Shown one piece after another: positions 7,732 to 15,855 of a DNA stretch of 26,861 nt (within the stretch, counting starts at the first letter, position 1; each line of letters begins with the position of its first letter). Source of the stretch: an uncultured Anaerolineae bacterium (GTDB lineage: Bacteria > Chloroflexota > Anaerolineae > Anaerolineales > UBA4823). The stretch covers positions 1 to 26,861 of the forward strand of contig CAKZNJ010000527.1 of NCBI GenBank assembly GCA_937129505.1, in the 5' to 3' direction. The notes beneath the pieces are model-generated. The model was given only the letters and a program-made list of their open reading frames with translations, did not search any database and was not told the origin of the DNA. The position numbers and the translations under genes were made by a program.

Positions 7732-9900
7732 ATGAAGGTATCGATAGGTATCTTACTGGTGATAGTCAGTCTTGGACTAGCAGCTTGTCAATCCGCCCCC
7801 CCCGCCCCGCCCACCGAAGCACCGCAAATGCCAACCCCCGTATGTCCTACAGCCGTCCCCTGCCCGCCGGTTGTTGAACCGCTGGTCAAACAGGTGCCTT
7901 TTGAAGCTCAGTGGTCAGCTTCAGGTCATAACAAAGCTGACGCTTTAGCCTTTACCTACTGGAATGAAAGCGAGGAGAAGGCAATTCCCGTTGAATGCGC
8001 CAAATGTCATGGCGAGGCGGGTTTCTTGGACTTCCTCGGTGAAGATGGCACAGCAGCCGGCGTGGTAGACAAAGCCGCACCGCTTGGGACCACTGTGACG
8101 TGTGTAACTTGCCACAATGCTTCCACCGCTCAGATGACCAGCGTCAGTTTCCCCTCAGGTGCTGAAATTAAGGGACTCGGCGGCGAAGCGGTTTGTATGC
8201 AGTGCCATCAAGGGCGTGCTTCTAAGGTGAGTGTGGATCAGGCGTTGGAGCAGGCGGGCTTAACCACCGAGCTTGATAAAACCAATGCGGACCTTGGCTT
8301 CATCAACATCCACTACTACGCCGCCGCTGCTACCCTGTATGGAACACAGACCAAAGGTGGCTATGAATATGATGGAAAGAACTACGATGCAAAGAATGAT
8401 CACGTAGAGGGATTCGACACCTGCATCGGCTGCCATAACTCACACACCCTCGAGCTGAAGCTTGAAGCGTGCACTACCTGCCATCAAGGGGTTGCCAGCG
8501 TTGAAGATGTGCGCAAGATTCGCATGGCTGGCTCCGAGGCAGATTACGATGGTGATGGGGACATCCAAGAGGGTATAGCCAGCGAAATTGAAGGCTTGCA
8601 AGAGATGCTCTTCACTGCCATTCAGGCGTATGCCAGTGAGGTCGCTGGACAAGCAATCGGCTATAACCCCGAAGCGTATCCTTATTTCTTCAATGACACC
8701 AACAACGATGGATCCATCGATGAAAGTGAAGCTGTCTTCCCCAACCGCTATCAAAGCTGGACAGGGCGCTTGCTCAAAGCAGCTTACAACTATCAAACCT
8801 CTAAGAAAGACCCCGGCGCTTACGCACACGGCGGAAAATATATCGTTCAACTGCTCTATGACTCGATTGAGGACTTGAACACCAAGATCTCTTCCCCGGT
8901 CAGTTTGGCGAATGCACGGCGCATCGATCCCGGCCACTTTGCTGGCTCGGAGGAAGCTTTCCGCCACTGGGATGCGGACGGTGAAGTGCGTGGTGCTTGC
9001 GCCCGTTGTCATACTGCTTCTGGACTGCCCACCTATCTGAAGAACGGCGTTAACATTGCCGCGCCGCCCTCAAATGGTTTGAACTGTGCAAGCTGTCACG
9101 ATGACCTAGCTACTTTCACCCGCTTCCAAGTTGGGGCAGTCACCTTCCCCAGCGGGGCAAAATTAGACTTTGGCAACCCAGATGCTAACTTGTGCTTGAA
9201 TTGTCATCAGGGACGCGAGTCCACCGTCAGCTTGAATAGTGCCATTCAGGCGGCAGGTGTCCAAAATGACCAAGTGTCCGAAATGCTGAACTTCCGCAAT
9301 CCACACTACTTTGCCGCCGGAGCGACCCTGTTTGGCGATGAAGCAAAGGGCGCGTATCAGTTCAGCGGCAAGGAGTATGTGGGGCGTTTCCTGCATGTGG
9401 AGAAGTTTAGCACCTGCATCCAATGCCACAGCGCTCATGCCCTAGAAGTCAACGTGCAGGAGTGTAGCGGGTGTCATACGACAGTCAATACCAGGGCTGA
9501 TCTGCGCGCCATGCGTTTGAACACTCAGGGTGACTTCGATGGCGATGGGGACGAGGCAGAGGGCTTGGCTGGCGAAGTCCAGACCATGATGGAGAAGCTG
9601 TATGCTGCCATTCAGCAGTACGCCAGCACCAAAGTTCAGGCGCCTATCGTCTACGACCCACACGCTTACCCTTACTATTTCAATGACACCAATGGCAATG
9701 GGCAGGCAGACCCCGATGAGGTGGCTTTCCCCAACGCCTACAAGAGCTGGACTCCTAACCTGCTGCGCGCTGCCTATAACTACCAATGGGCACAAAAGGA
9801 CCCCGGTGCTTATGCTCACAATGCAAAATACATCTTGCAAGTCCTATATGACAGCATCCAAGCAGTGGGTGGCAGTGTCAGCGGCATGAAGCGCCCGTAA
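7732..9900 (+). CDS. Decaheme c-type cytochrome lipoprotein made of two tandem pentaheme units
   Basis: Lipobox LGLAAC; ten CXXCH motifs (CAKCH, CVTCH, CMQCH, CIGCH, CTTCH, CARCH, CASCH, CLNCH, CIQCH, CSGCH); duplicated AAYNY..KDPGAYAH..Y..Q.LYDSI helices. Confidence 0.93.
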   Translation: MKVSIGILLVIVSLGLAACQSAPPAPPTEAPQMPTPVCPTAVPCPPVVEPLVKQVPFEAQWSASGHNKADALAFTYWNESEEKAIPVECAKCHGEAGFLDFLGEDGTAAGVVDKAAPLGTTVTCVTCHNASTAQMTSVSFPSGAEIKGLGGEAVCMQCHQGRASKVSVDQALEQAGLTTELDKTNADLGFINIHYYAAAATLYGTQTKGGYEYDGKNYDAKNDHVEGFDTCIGCHNSHTLELKLEACTTCHQGVASVEDVRKIRMAGSEADYDGDGDIQEGIASEIEGLQEMLFTAIQAYASEVAGQAIGYNPEAYPYFFNDTNNDGSIDESEAVFPNRYQSWTGRLLKAAYNYQTSKKDPGAYAHGGKYIVQLLYDSIEDLNTKISSPVSLANARRIDPGHFAGSEEAFRHWDADGEVRGACARCHTASGLPTYLKNGVNIAAPPSNGLNCASCHDDLATFTRFQVGAVTFPSGAKLDFGNPDANLCLNCHQGRESTVSLNSAIQAAGVQNDQVSEMLNFRNPHYFAAGATLFGDEAKGAYQFSGKEYVGRFLHVEKFSTCIQCHSAHALEVNVQECSGCHTTVNTRADLRAMRLNTQGDFDGDGDEAEGLAGEVQTMMEKLYAAIQQYASTKVQAPIVYDPHAYPYYFNDTNGNGQADPDEVAFPNAYKSWTPNLLRAAYNYQWAQKDPGAYAHNAKYILQVLYDSIQAVGGSVSGMKRP

Positions 9901-9923
9901 TTTCCCTTTCGTAAACGCCTCAG

Positions 9924-9957
9924 AAAGCAGGTCGGAGCACCTCCGACCTGCTTTTAT
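9924..9957 (+). terminator. Intrinsic terminator, possibly bidirectional
   Basis: Perfect 14-bp stem AAAGCAGGTCGGAG/CTCCGACCTGCTTT with a CAC loop, then T-rich sequence; lies between convergent genes. Confidence 0.88.
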
Positions 9958-10093
9958 CTTGCCTTAACGTGCAATCCCCTGCCAATAGTGCATTGGTGGA
10001 CAAAGACGCTTGCCCTTGTGCCAGAGTATTTTGGCGCTTTCAGCGATGGGCGGGGATGTCCAGCCCTACAAATGCTTACCCCCTCACAACAAC

Positions 10094-10540
10094 TCAATAA
10101 ACAAAGCGAAAGGGGTAGAAGAAAGGTGTGTAGAGCCAGAATTTCATCATTTTTGGCTCGCCGGGATTGACAGGTATCACGCCGCATTTGGTAAATACGA
10201 CGCGTTGTTTGCCTCGCGCCAATAGGCGAGATTTCAGCACCAACCCGCCACAAGTGGGATAGCCGTAAACCGGATCCCAGGTCTCCATATAATAGACGAT
10301 CATTGAGTACATAGCCGGCTTAATCTCGAAGGTCTTCTCCTGTGGCTCGGCGCGGTCGCCCTTCTCGACAGTCAGAAAGTAAATGTTTTCACTATCCCGC
10401 GGATCAATCAATTGGATGCCGAGCTTGACCCCCGATTTGTTGATGATGGTCAATTGGGCACGTGGAGAAGGTTCGAAAGCGGTCAGAAACGTCACACTCA
10501 ACAAGCTCAAAAGGACAAGAACGAGAATCAGCTTCTTCAT
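10094..10540 (-). CDS. Hypothetical secreted protein (148 aa)
   Basis: GGAG RBS then MKKLILVLVLLSLLSVTFLTA signal peptide; beta-rich body with two Cys; extended -10 TGGTAAAAT at 10568-10560. Confidence 0.7.
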   Translation of the reverse strand: MKKLILVLVLLSLLSVTFLTAFEPSPRAQLTIINKSGVKLGIQLIDPRDSENIYFLTVEKGDRAEPQEKTFEIKPAMYSMIVYYMETWDPVYGYPTCGGLVLKSRLLARGKQRVVFTKCGVIPVNPGEPKMMKFWLYTPFFYPFRFVY

Positions 10541-10559
10541 TGTCAACTCCAATAGTTTC

Positions 10560-10611
10560 ATTTTACCAGCATGTTTAAGATTGTGTATCAGAAGGACGTT
10601 ATAATTTGTCT
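10560..10611. promoter_or_regulatory. Compact divergent promoter; the plus-strand promoter appears to give a leaderless transcript
   Basis: Plus-strand TATAAT at 10600-10605, 6 nt before ATG 10612, with no SD; minus-strand TGGTAAAAT at 10568-10560. Confidence 0.55.
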
Positions 10612-12717
10612 ATGCTGCCTCTTACTTCCCAACAACTGCAGGTTGTTCAACACCCGATTGGAGAGCGTTGGTTTTTAGAAGGGAAGGCGGGCTGTGGGAA
10701 GACCAGCGCGGCTGTCGAGCGATTGCTTTACCTAATGCAAGCTGGCGTTCCCGCCCATCACATTCTTATCTACGTTCCCCAACGCACATTGGCGCAACCT
10801 TATCGGCAAGCATTAGCCGTCCCGGGCGTGATGGCTGGCGGCGCGGTGACCATTCTGACGTTGGGCGGCTTAGCGCGACGCACCATTGAGACCTTTTGGC
10901 CGCTAGTGATCAAAGAAGCTGGCTTCGGACAACCTGACGAATGGCCGGTCTTCTTGACCTTAGAGACGGCACAGTATTTTATGGCAAAACTCGTTGAGCC
11001 GCTTTTGGCACAAGGCTTCTTTGCTTCGGCAAATGTCCACCGCAATCGCCTGTATAGCCAAATTTTGGATAATCTCAACAAGGCAGCTCTCGTCGGCTTC
11101 CCTCACACCGAGATCGGCGAACGCCTAAAAAGCGCCTGGAGCGGCAGCCCGGGACAATTGAGCATTTATGACGATGCCCAAACCTGCGCCAATCTTTTTC
11201 GGCAATTTTGTTTGGAGCACAATGTGCTGGATTTCTCGCTTCAAGTGGAGGTCTTTCTCCGCTATCTTTGGAAAAATCCCCTCGTTCAGGAGACTTTACA
11301 ACGCCAATACCGTCATCTGATTGCCGATAACATCGAAGAAGATGCGCCGGTTTCGCACGACATCCTGCGCCAGTGGTTGCCGAACTTCGAGTCGGCTTTG
11401 TTAATTTACGACCATGACGCGGGCTATCGCGTCTTTCTCGGCGCTGATCCGATTTCAGCGTACTCGCTCAAACAGGCCTGCCAGGTTCAGATAACCTTTG
11501 AGACCTCCTTTGTTCAACCAGCTCCCCTGCAACGCCTTGAGCAAACTCTGCGATGGACATTCGGTGAGCCGCCACCACCGCCTCAACCCAGCCCCGCTTC
11601 GCCGCCAGTGTACCCTCTCTTCGAGCGCTTTTACCCCCAAATGCTGGAGCGAGTTGCCGAACAAGCGGCGCACTGCGTCCATGAAGAGGGGATTCCCCCT
11701 TCCCAAGTTGTTATCTTAGCCCCCTATCTATCCGACGCATTGCGCTTCTCGCTGAGCGACTTGCTGGAGAAACGCCATCTGCCGGTTCGGTCACATCGCC
11801 CCTCGCGAGCCCTGCGTGAAGAGGCAACCATCCAATGTCTGCTGACGCTGGCTGCGCTGGCTTATCCGCACTATCTACAGCCAAATCGCCTGCAAGACTT
11901 TGACCTGACGATTACTTTGCTCCAAGCCATCGAGGGCATGGACCTCGTGCGCGCCCGCTTATTGACCAATATTGTCTCTCGCGAAGTGGATGGCTTACCC
12001 ACTTTGACTTCCTTTGAACAAATCAAACCTGATGTCCAAGAGCGGATTACCTACCGCATCGGTGAAGCTTATGAGCGCTTGCGGCGTTGGATCGAGGATG
12101 TGCGAGCGGCAGACCCCCAAGAATTGGAAGTCTTTTTTGTGCGTCTGTTTGAAGAAATTCTCTCCCAGCCTGGTTACGGCTTTTACCGCAACGAACGCGC
12201 CGGTGAATTGACGGCGAATCTCGTTGAATCGGCGCGCAAATTTCGCCAAGCCTTTCGGGAGAGCATGAAGGTCAGCTTGGAAGAGCGCAATCGGGAGTAT
12301 CTGCGCATGGTGAGCGAAGGCGTGATCGCAGCGCAATACCTGCGCAGTTGGCAACCAGAAAATGAAGAGGCGATATTGATCAGCCCAGCCTATACCTACC
12401 TGTTGAGCAACCGCCCTATGGAGGTGCAGTTCTGGCTCGATATCGGCAGCACAGGGTGGTATGAACGCCTCTTTCAACCGCTGACCCAGCCCTACGTCCT
12501 CAGTCGGCACTGGAAAAAAGGACAACCTTGGACAGCAGATGACGAAGCGCGAGTTGCCGAAGAAAACCTGCGCCGCATTACGCTCGGACTGGTGCGCCGC
12601 TGCCGCCGCTCGATTTACGTTGGTTACTCGGAATACAATGCCAGCGGCTTCGAACAGCGCGGCGATTTGCTGCGAGTCTTACAGGAAAGCGTGGAAATTT
12701 TCGCAAGGGCAGCATGA
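10612..12717 (+). CDS. UvrD/SF1A-like helicase with degenerate motor motifs (AddB/AdnA/RecC-like scaffold subunit), no nuclease domain
   Basis: Q motif LTSQQ, Walker A GKAGCGKT, Ia IYVPQRTLA, Ib LTLGGLA; motif II LIADNIEED, V ILISPAYTY and VI EENLRRITLGLVRRCR are all degenerate. Confidence 0.78.
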   Translation: MLPLTSQQLQVVQHPIGERWFLEGKAGCGKTSAAVERLLYLMQAGVPAHHILIYVPQRTLAQPYRQALAVPGVMAGGAVTILTLGGLARRTIETFWPLVIKEAGFGQPDEWPVFLTLETAQYFMAKLVEPLLAQGFFASANVHRNRLYSQILDNLNKAALVGFPHTEIGERLKSAWSGSPGQLSIYDDAQTCANLFRQFCLEHNVLDFSLQVEVFLRYLWKNPLVQETLQRQYRHLIADNIEEDAPVSHDILRQWLPNFESALLIYDHDAGYRVFLGADPISAYSLKQACQVQITFETSFVQPAPLQRLEQTLRWTFGEPPPPPQPSPASPPVYPLFERFYPQMLERVAEQAAHCVHEEGIPPSQVVILAPYLSDALRFSLSDLLEKRHLPVRSHRPSRALREEATIQCLLTLAALAYPHYLQPNRLQDFDLTITLLQAIEGMDLVRARLLTNIVSREVDGLPTLTSFEQIKPDVQERITYRIGEAYERLRRWIEDVRAADPQELEVFFVRLFEEILSQPGYGFYRNERAGELTANLVESARKFRQAFRESMKVSLEERNREYLRMVSEGVIAAQYLRSWQPENEEAILISPAYTYLLSNRPMEVQFWLDIGSTGWYERLFQPLTQPYVLSRHWKKGQPWTADDEARVAEENLRRITLGLVRRCRRSIYVGYSEYNASGFEQRGDLLRVLQESVEIFARAA

Positions 12718-12746
12718 CTACTCTGAATCCTATGGGTAGATAAACG

Positions 12747-15023
12747 ATGAGTATCCGACTTCGACAAGCCCAAGCAGAGATAGTGGCTTACCGCAGCGGC
12801 AAGATGGGCATCCTAGCTGTGCCGGGCAGCGGCAAGACACTTACCTTGGCTTATCTTGCGGCCGAGCTTCTGACGCACACAACGCTTAAGAGGGGTCAGG
12901 AAATCCTCATAGTCACTTTAGTCAACTCGGCTGTCGATGTATTCACTCAACGCATTCGTACCCTCCTTGAGGAACGCGGCTTATTGCCGCTCAACTTTCG
13001 CGTGCGCACCTTGCACGGTTTAGCCAACGACATCGTTCGCGAGCGTCCTGAAGCGGTGGGGCTGGATGAGCGCTTTGTCATCTTAGATGAAGGCGAATGC
13101 AATCGCATTCTAGAAAGTGCCGTCAAGAGCTGGTTGAATCAGCACGGCAGCTTTCTGTTGGATTATCTCGATGAGAACCTGTCGTCCTATAATAAGCAAA
13201 AAGTCAAGGACAAAGAACTGCCGACCTTAGTTAAAGAGATTGCAGTTGCCTTCATTCGGGTTGCCAAAGACCGCCGTCTCACCCCTGCTCAACTGCGTGC
13301 TAGGCTGGACCAATTGCCGTTTCCTCTACCCCTGTTGGAGATAGGCGTCGCCATTTATTCGGACTATCAACGTTCGCTCAATTATCGCGGGGCGGTGGAT
13401 TTCGATGACCTCGTCCGCTTGGCTTACGATGTCCTGCAATGGGAGCCGCAGCTCTTAGAGCGCTTACGCTACCGCTGGCCCTATATCCTCGAAGATGAAG
13501 CCCAAGACTCGTCCTATATTCAAGAGCAAATCTTGCGCACTTTAGTTGGCGAAAGCGGAAATTGGGTGCGCGTAGGAGACCCCAACCAAGCGATTTACGA
13601 GACCTTCACCACGGCAAATCCCAAATATCTGCGCCACTTTGTAAATGAAGGCGGTGTTATCCGTCGCGATCTGCCCAATTCGGGGCGCTCAAGCTTAAGT
13701 ATCATGGAGTTGGCAAACCAGTTGGTGCACTGGACGATGAATCAACATCCACTGGAAGCAGCCAGAGACGGTCTGCAGGCACCCCCTTTCATCATCCCCG
13801 CTCCACCTGATGACCCCCATCCTAACCCCCCCGATGACCCAGCTAAGGTAATTCTTTACCCGAGAAAATCGAAGGTGAGCGATGAGATCGAGCGGGTGAC
13901 GAAGTCGTTGAAAAGATGGCTAAAGGATCACCCCGCTTGGACGGTAGCGGTGTTAGCCCCCACTCATGAGCTGGCATTTAAGGTAGTGGAAGCATTGAAA
14001 AGGGAAAACATCCCTTTCGAAGACTCATTACTGCGTTCCAGCGCCTCCACGCGCCGCGCCGCCCAACGCCTGCGCGATGTATTGCATGCCCTGGCTGATC
14101 CCCTCTCACCAACAAAACTTGCTGCCGCTTATCGGGCTTGGCGAATGGATGATGCCGAAAACCCAACTCTGCACGCTCAAGTCGAGTCCGATCGGTTGTT
14201 GCTCAGCCGTTGTCCCTATGTAGAGACCTATCTCTACCCTTCGCGCACCAGCGATTGGCTGATGGAAGTTTGCCCCCCTGAGCATGACGAAGATTTGTCT
14301 TTGCCCTTAGCCCAGCAAGAAACGTATTATCGGCTGGCTTGCTTCCGTGAGCTGGTGCGCCGCTGGCAGGGGGCGGTGCTTTTACCGATTGATCAATTGG
14401 TGCTGACACTGCAAGGGGATTTGTTTCGTGAACCGGCCGAATTGGCTTTGAGCCACAAGTTAGCGTTGATGCTGCGTCAAGCCAGTGATGCCAACCCCCA
14501 GTGGCGCTTGCACAATTTAGCTCAGGAAGTCTCCCTCATCGCCAGTAACGAACGCCGCTTTCTTGGCTTCAGCCGCGACGACAGCGGTTTTGATCCCCAA
14601 GCGTATGCTGGGCGGGTGGTCGTCTCAACGGTGCATAAAGCCAAAGGGTTGGAATGGGATCGCGTGTATCTCATCTCGGTTAATAACTATGATTATCCTT
14701 CGGGGGCGCCGTATGATACCTACAAGCCCGAACGCTGGTTCCTGCGCCGCCATCTGAACTTACAGGCGGAGACCTTAGCCCAACTGGAGTGGTTGATTTC
14801 GCCTGATGAGTATGGCTTTCCCGAGGAAGGCGAAGCAACCCTGCGGGCGCGACTCGATTACGTGCGCGAACGTTTGCGATTGCTCTATGTCGGCATCACC
14901 CGCGCCAAGCGCGAACTCGTCATCACCTGCAATAGCGGTCGTAATGACGACAAACTACCTGCCCTTGCCCTGCTAGCTTTGAGCGAATACTGGGAGAAAA
15001 CTTATGCCCAAACTGCCTCCTGA
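12747..15023 (+). CDS. ATP-dependent UvrD/PcrA-like SF1A helicase with intact motifs, no nuclease domain
   Basis: AVPGSGKT, RTLHGLA, LEDEAQD, VGDPNQAIY, STVHKAKGLEW and ERLRLLYVGITRAK. Confidence 0.93.
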   Translation: MSIRLRQAQAEIVAYRSGKMGILAVPGSGKTLTLAYLAAELLTHTTLKRGQEILIVTLVNSAVDVFTQRIRTLLEERGLLPLNFRVRTLHGLANDIVRERPEAVGLDERFVILDEGECNRILESAVKSWLNQHGSFLLDYLDENLSSYNKQKVKDKELPTLVKEIAVAFIRVAKDRRLTPAQLRARLDQLPFPLPLLEIGVAIYSDYQRSLNYRGAVDFDDLVRLAYDVLQWEPQLLERLRYRWPYILEDEAQDSSYIQEQILRTLVGESGNWVRVGDPNQAIYETFTTANPKYLRHFVNEGGVIRRDLPNSGRSSLSIMELANQLVHWTMNQHPLEAARDGLQAPPFIIPAPPDDPHPNPPDDPAKVILYPRKSKVSDEIERVTKSLKRWLKDHPAWTVAVLAPTHELAFKVVEALKRENIPFEDSLLRSSASTRRAAQRLRDVLHALADPLSPTKLAAAYRAWRMDDAENPTLHAQVESDRLLLSRCPYVETYLYPSRTSDWLMEVCPPEHDEDLSLPLAQQETYYRLACFRELVRRWQGAVLLPIDQLVLTLQGDLFREPAELALSHKLALMLRQASDANPQWRLHNLAQEVSLIASNERRFLGFSRDDSGFDPQAYAGRVVVSTVHKAKGLEWDRVYLISVNNYDYPSGAPYDTYKPERWFLRRHLNLQAETLAQLEWLISPDEYGFPEEGEATLRARLDYVRERLRLLYVGITRAKRELVITCNSGRNDDKLPALALLALSEYWEKTYAQTAS

Positions 15024-15852
15024 TTTCATTTTCAGTCAAGCAAGTTTGCAGGATTTCCTGACCTGTCCACGGCGGTTTTATTTGCGTTATCTGCGCCGGC
15101 TGGCTTGGCCTTCTGCAGCAGGGGGTGAGTCTTTCGAATGGGAGCAGCATCTCTCGTTGGCACAGGATTTTCACCGCCTTGCCCAGCAGAAAGCTCTAGG
15201 GATCTCCGATGAAACGCTCGAACCGCTCGTTCAGAAGCGTTCAACCGAGCTTTTTGAGTGGTGGACTCATCTCTGCCACTATTGGCAAAACGCCGCAAGG
15301 GATGTCCTGCTCGGCAGACGGTATGCCGAGTTAACTCTCACGGCATCCCTCACCAATGCCCGTCTGTTGGCAAAATACGACTTACTGGTTGCCCACCCCG
15401 ATGGACGGTGGAGCATCATCGATTGGAAGACAAATCGACGGCGGCCGGCAGCCTCGGAGCTGCAAAACCTTGTCCAATCTCGCCTCTACCCTTATCTGCT
15501 TGTACGAGCAGGGACAAGTTTGACCGGCGGGCAGGCGATCGAGCCAGAAAACGTGACTATGCTGTATTGGTTCACTCATGACCCTACTTTCCCAGAAATC
15601 ATACCCTATTCTCGAGAACAGTATCAAGCCGATGAGGACTTCCTCTTGCGCCTGATCGAAGAGATTCTCGGCCGGCAGGAAGCCGACTTTGTGCTGACGA
15701 CCGATGAACGCCATTGCGCTTATTGTCCCTACCGCACCTACTGTGACCGTCCCTTCTTGCCGCTCAGCGAACTCAACCCAGAAGAGAACGCCGAGCTTTT
15801 GGAGCTATCCTTGCCCCCAGATTGGGAGCAAATTGGGGAGATCGAGTATTAG
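15004..15852 (+). CDS. PD-(D/E)XK nuclease, AddB/AdnB/Cas4-like, with a 4-Cys Fe-S signature
   Basis: FSQASLQDFLTCPRRFYL (Cys1), AKYDLL (motif II), IIDWKT (III), QSRLY (IV), CAYCPYRTYC (Cys2-4); own GGGAG RBS; overlaps the helicase by 20 nt. Confidence 0.9.
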   Translation: MPKLPPDFIFSQASLQDFLTCPRRFYLRYLRRLAWPSAAGGESFEWEQHLSLAQDFHRLAQQKALGISDETLEPLVQKRSTELFEWWTHLCHYWQNAARDVLLGRRYAELTLTASLTNARLLAKYDLLVAHPDGRWSIIDWKTNRRRPAASELQNLVQSRLYPYLLVRAGTSLTGGQAIEPENVTMLYWFTHDPTFPEIIPYSREQYQADEDFLLRLIEEILGRQEADFVLTTDERHCAYCPYRTYCDRPFLPLSELNPEENAELLELSLPPDWEQIGEIEY

Positions 15853-15855
15853 CCG

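Noticed and set aside
7661-7735. 22-codon uORF (GTG 7667) ending on the cytochrome ATG
   Set aside because: The strong AGGAGG overlaps the GTG itself with no spacing, and the cytochrome has its own AGGAG.
7732-9900. NrfA nitrite reductase or MtrA/MtrC assignment
   Set aside because: No CXXCK motif, no porin or nrfH partner, and the 2 x 5 layout differs from those proteins.
10560-10612. LexA/SOS box upstream of the repair operon
   Set aside because: No GAAC-N4-GTTC or CTG-N10-CAG pattern in the intergenic region.
15004-15852. CRISPR-associated Cas4
   Set aside because: No cas1/cas2 or repeat-spacer array in the window; the context is helicases and RecJ.
10612-15852. Named anti-phage system (Gabija-like or other helicase-nuclease types)
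   Set aside because: No OLD/TOPRIM or other defence-specific domain, no compositional shift or mobile-element context, and tight linkage to recJ. Not fully excluded without a profile search.
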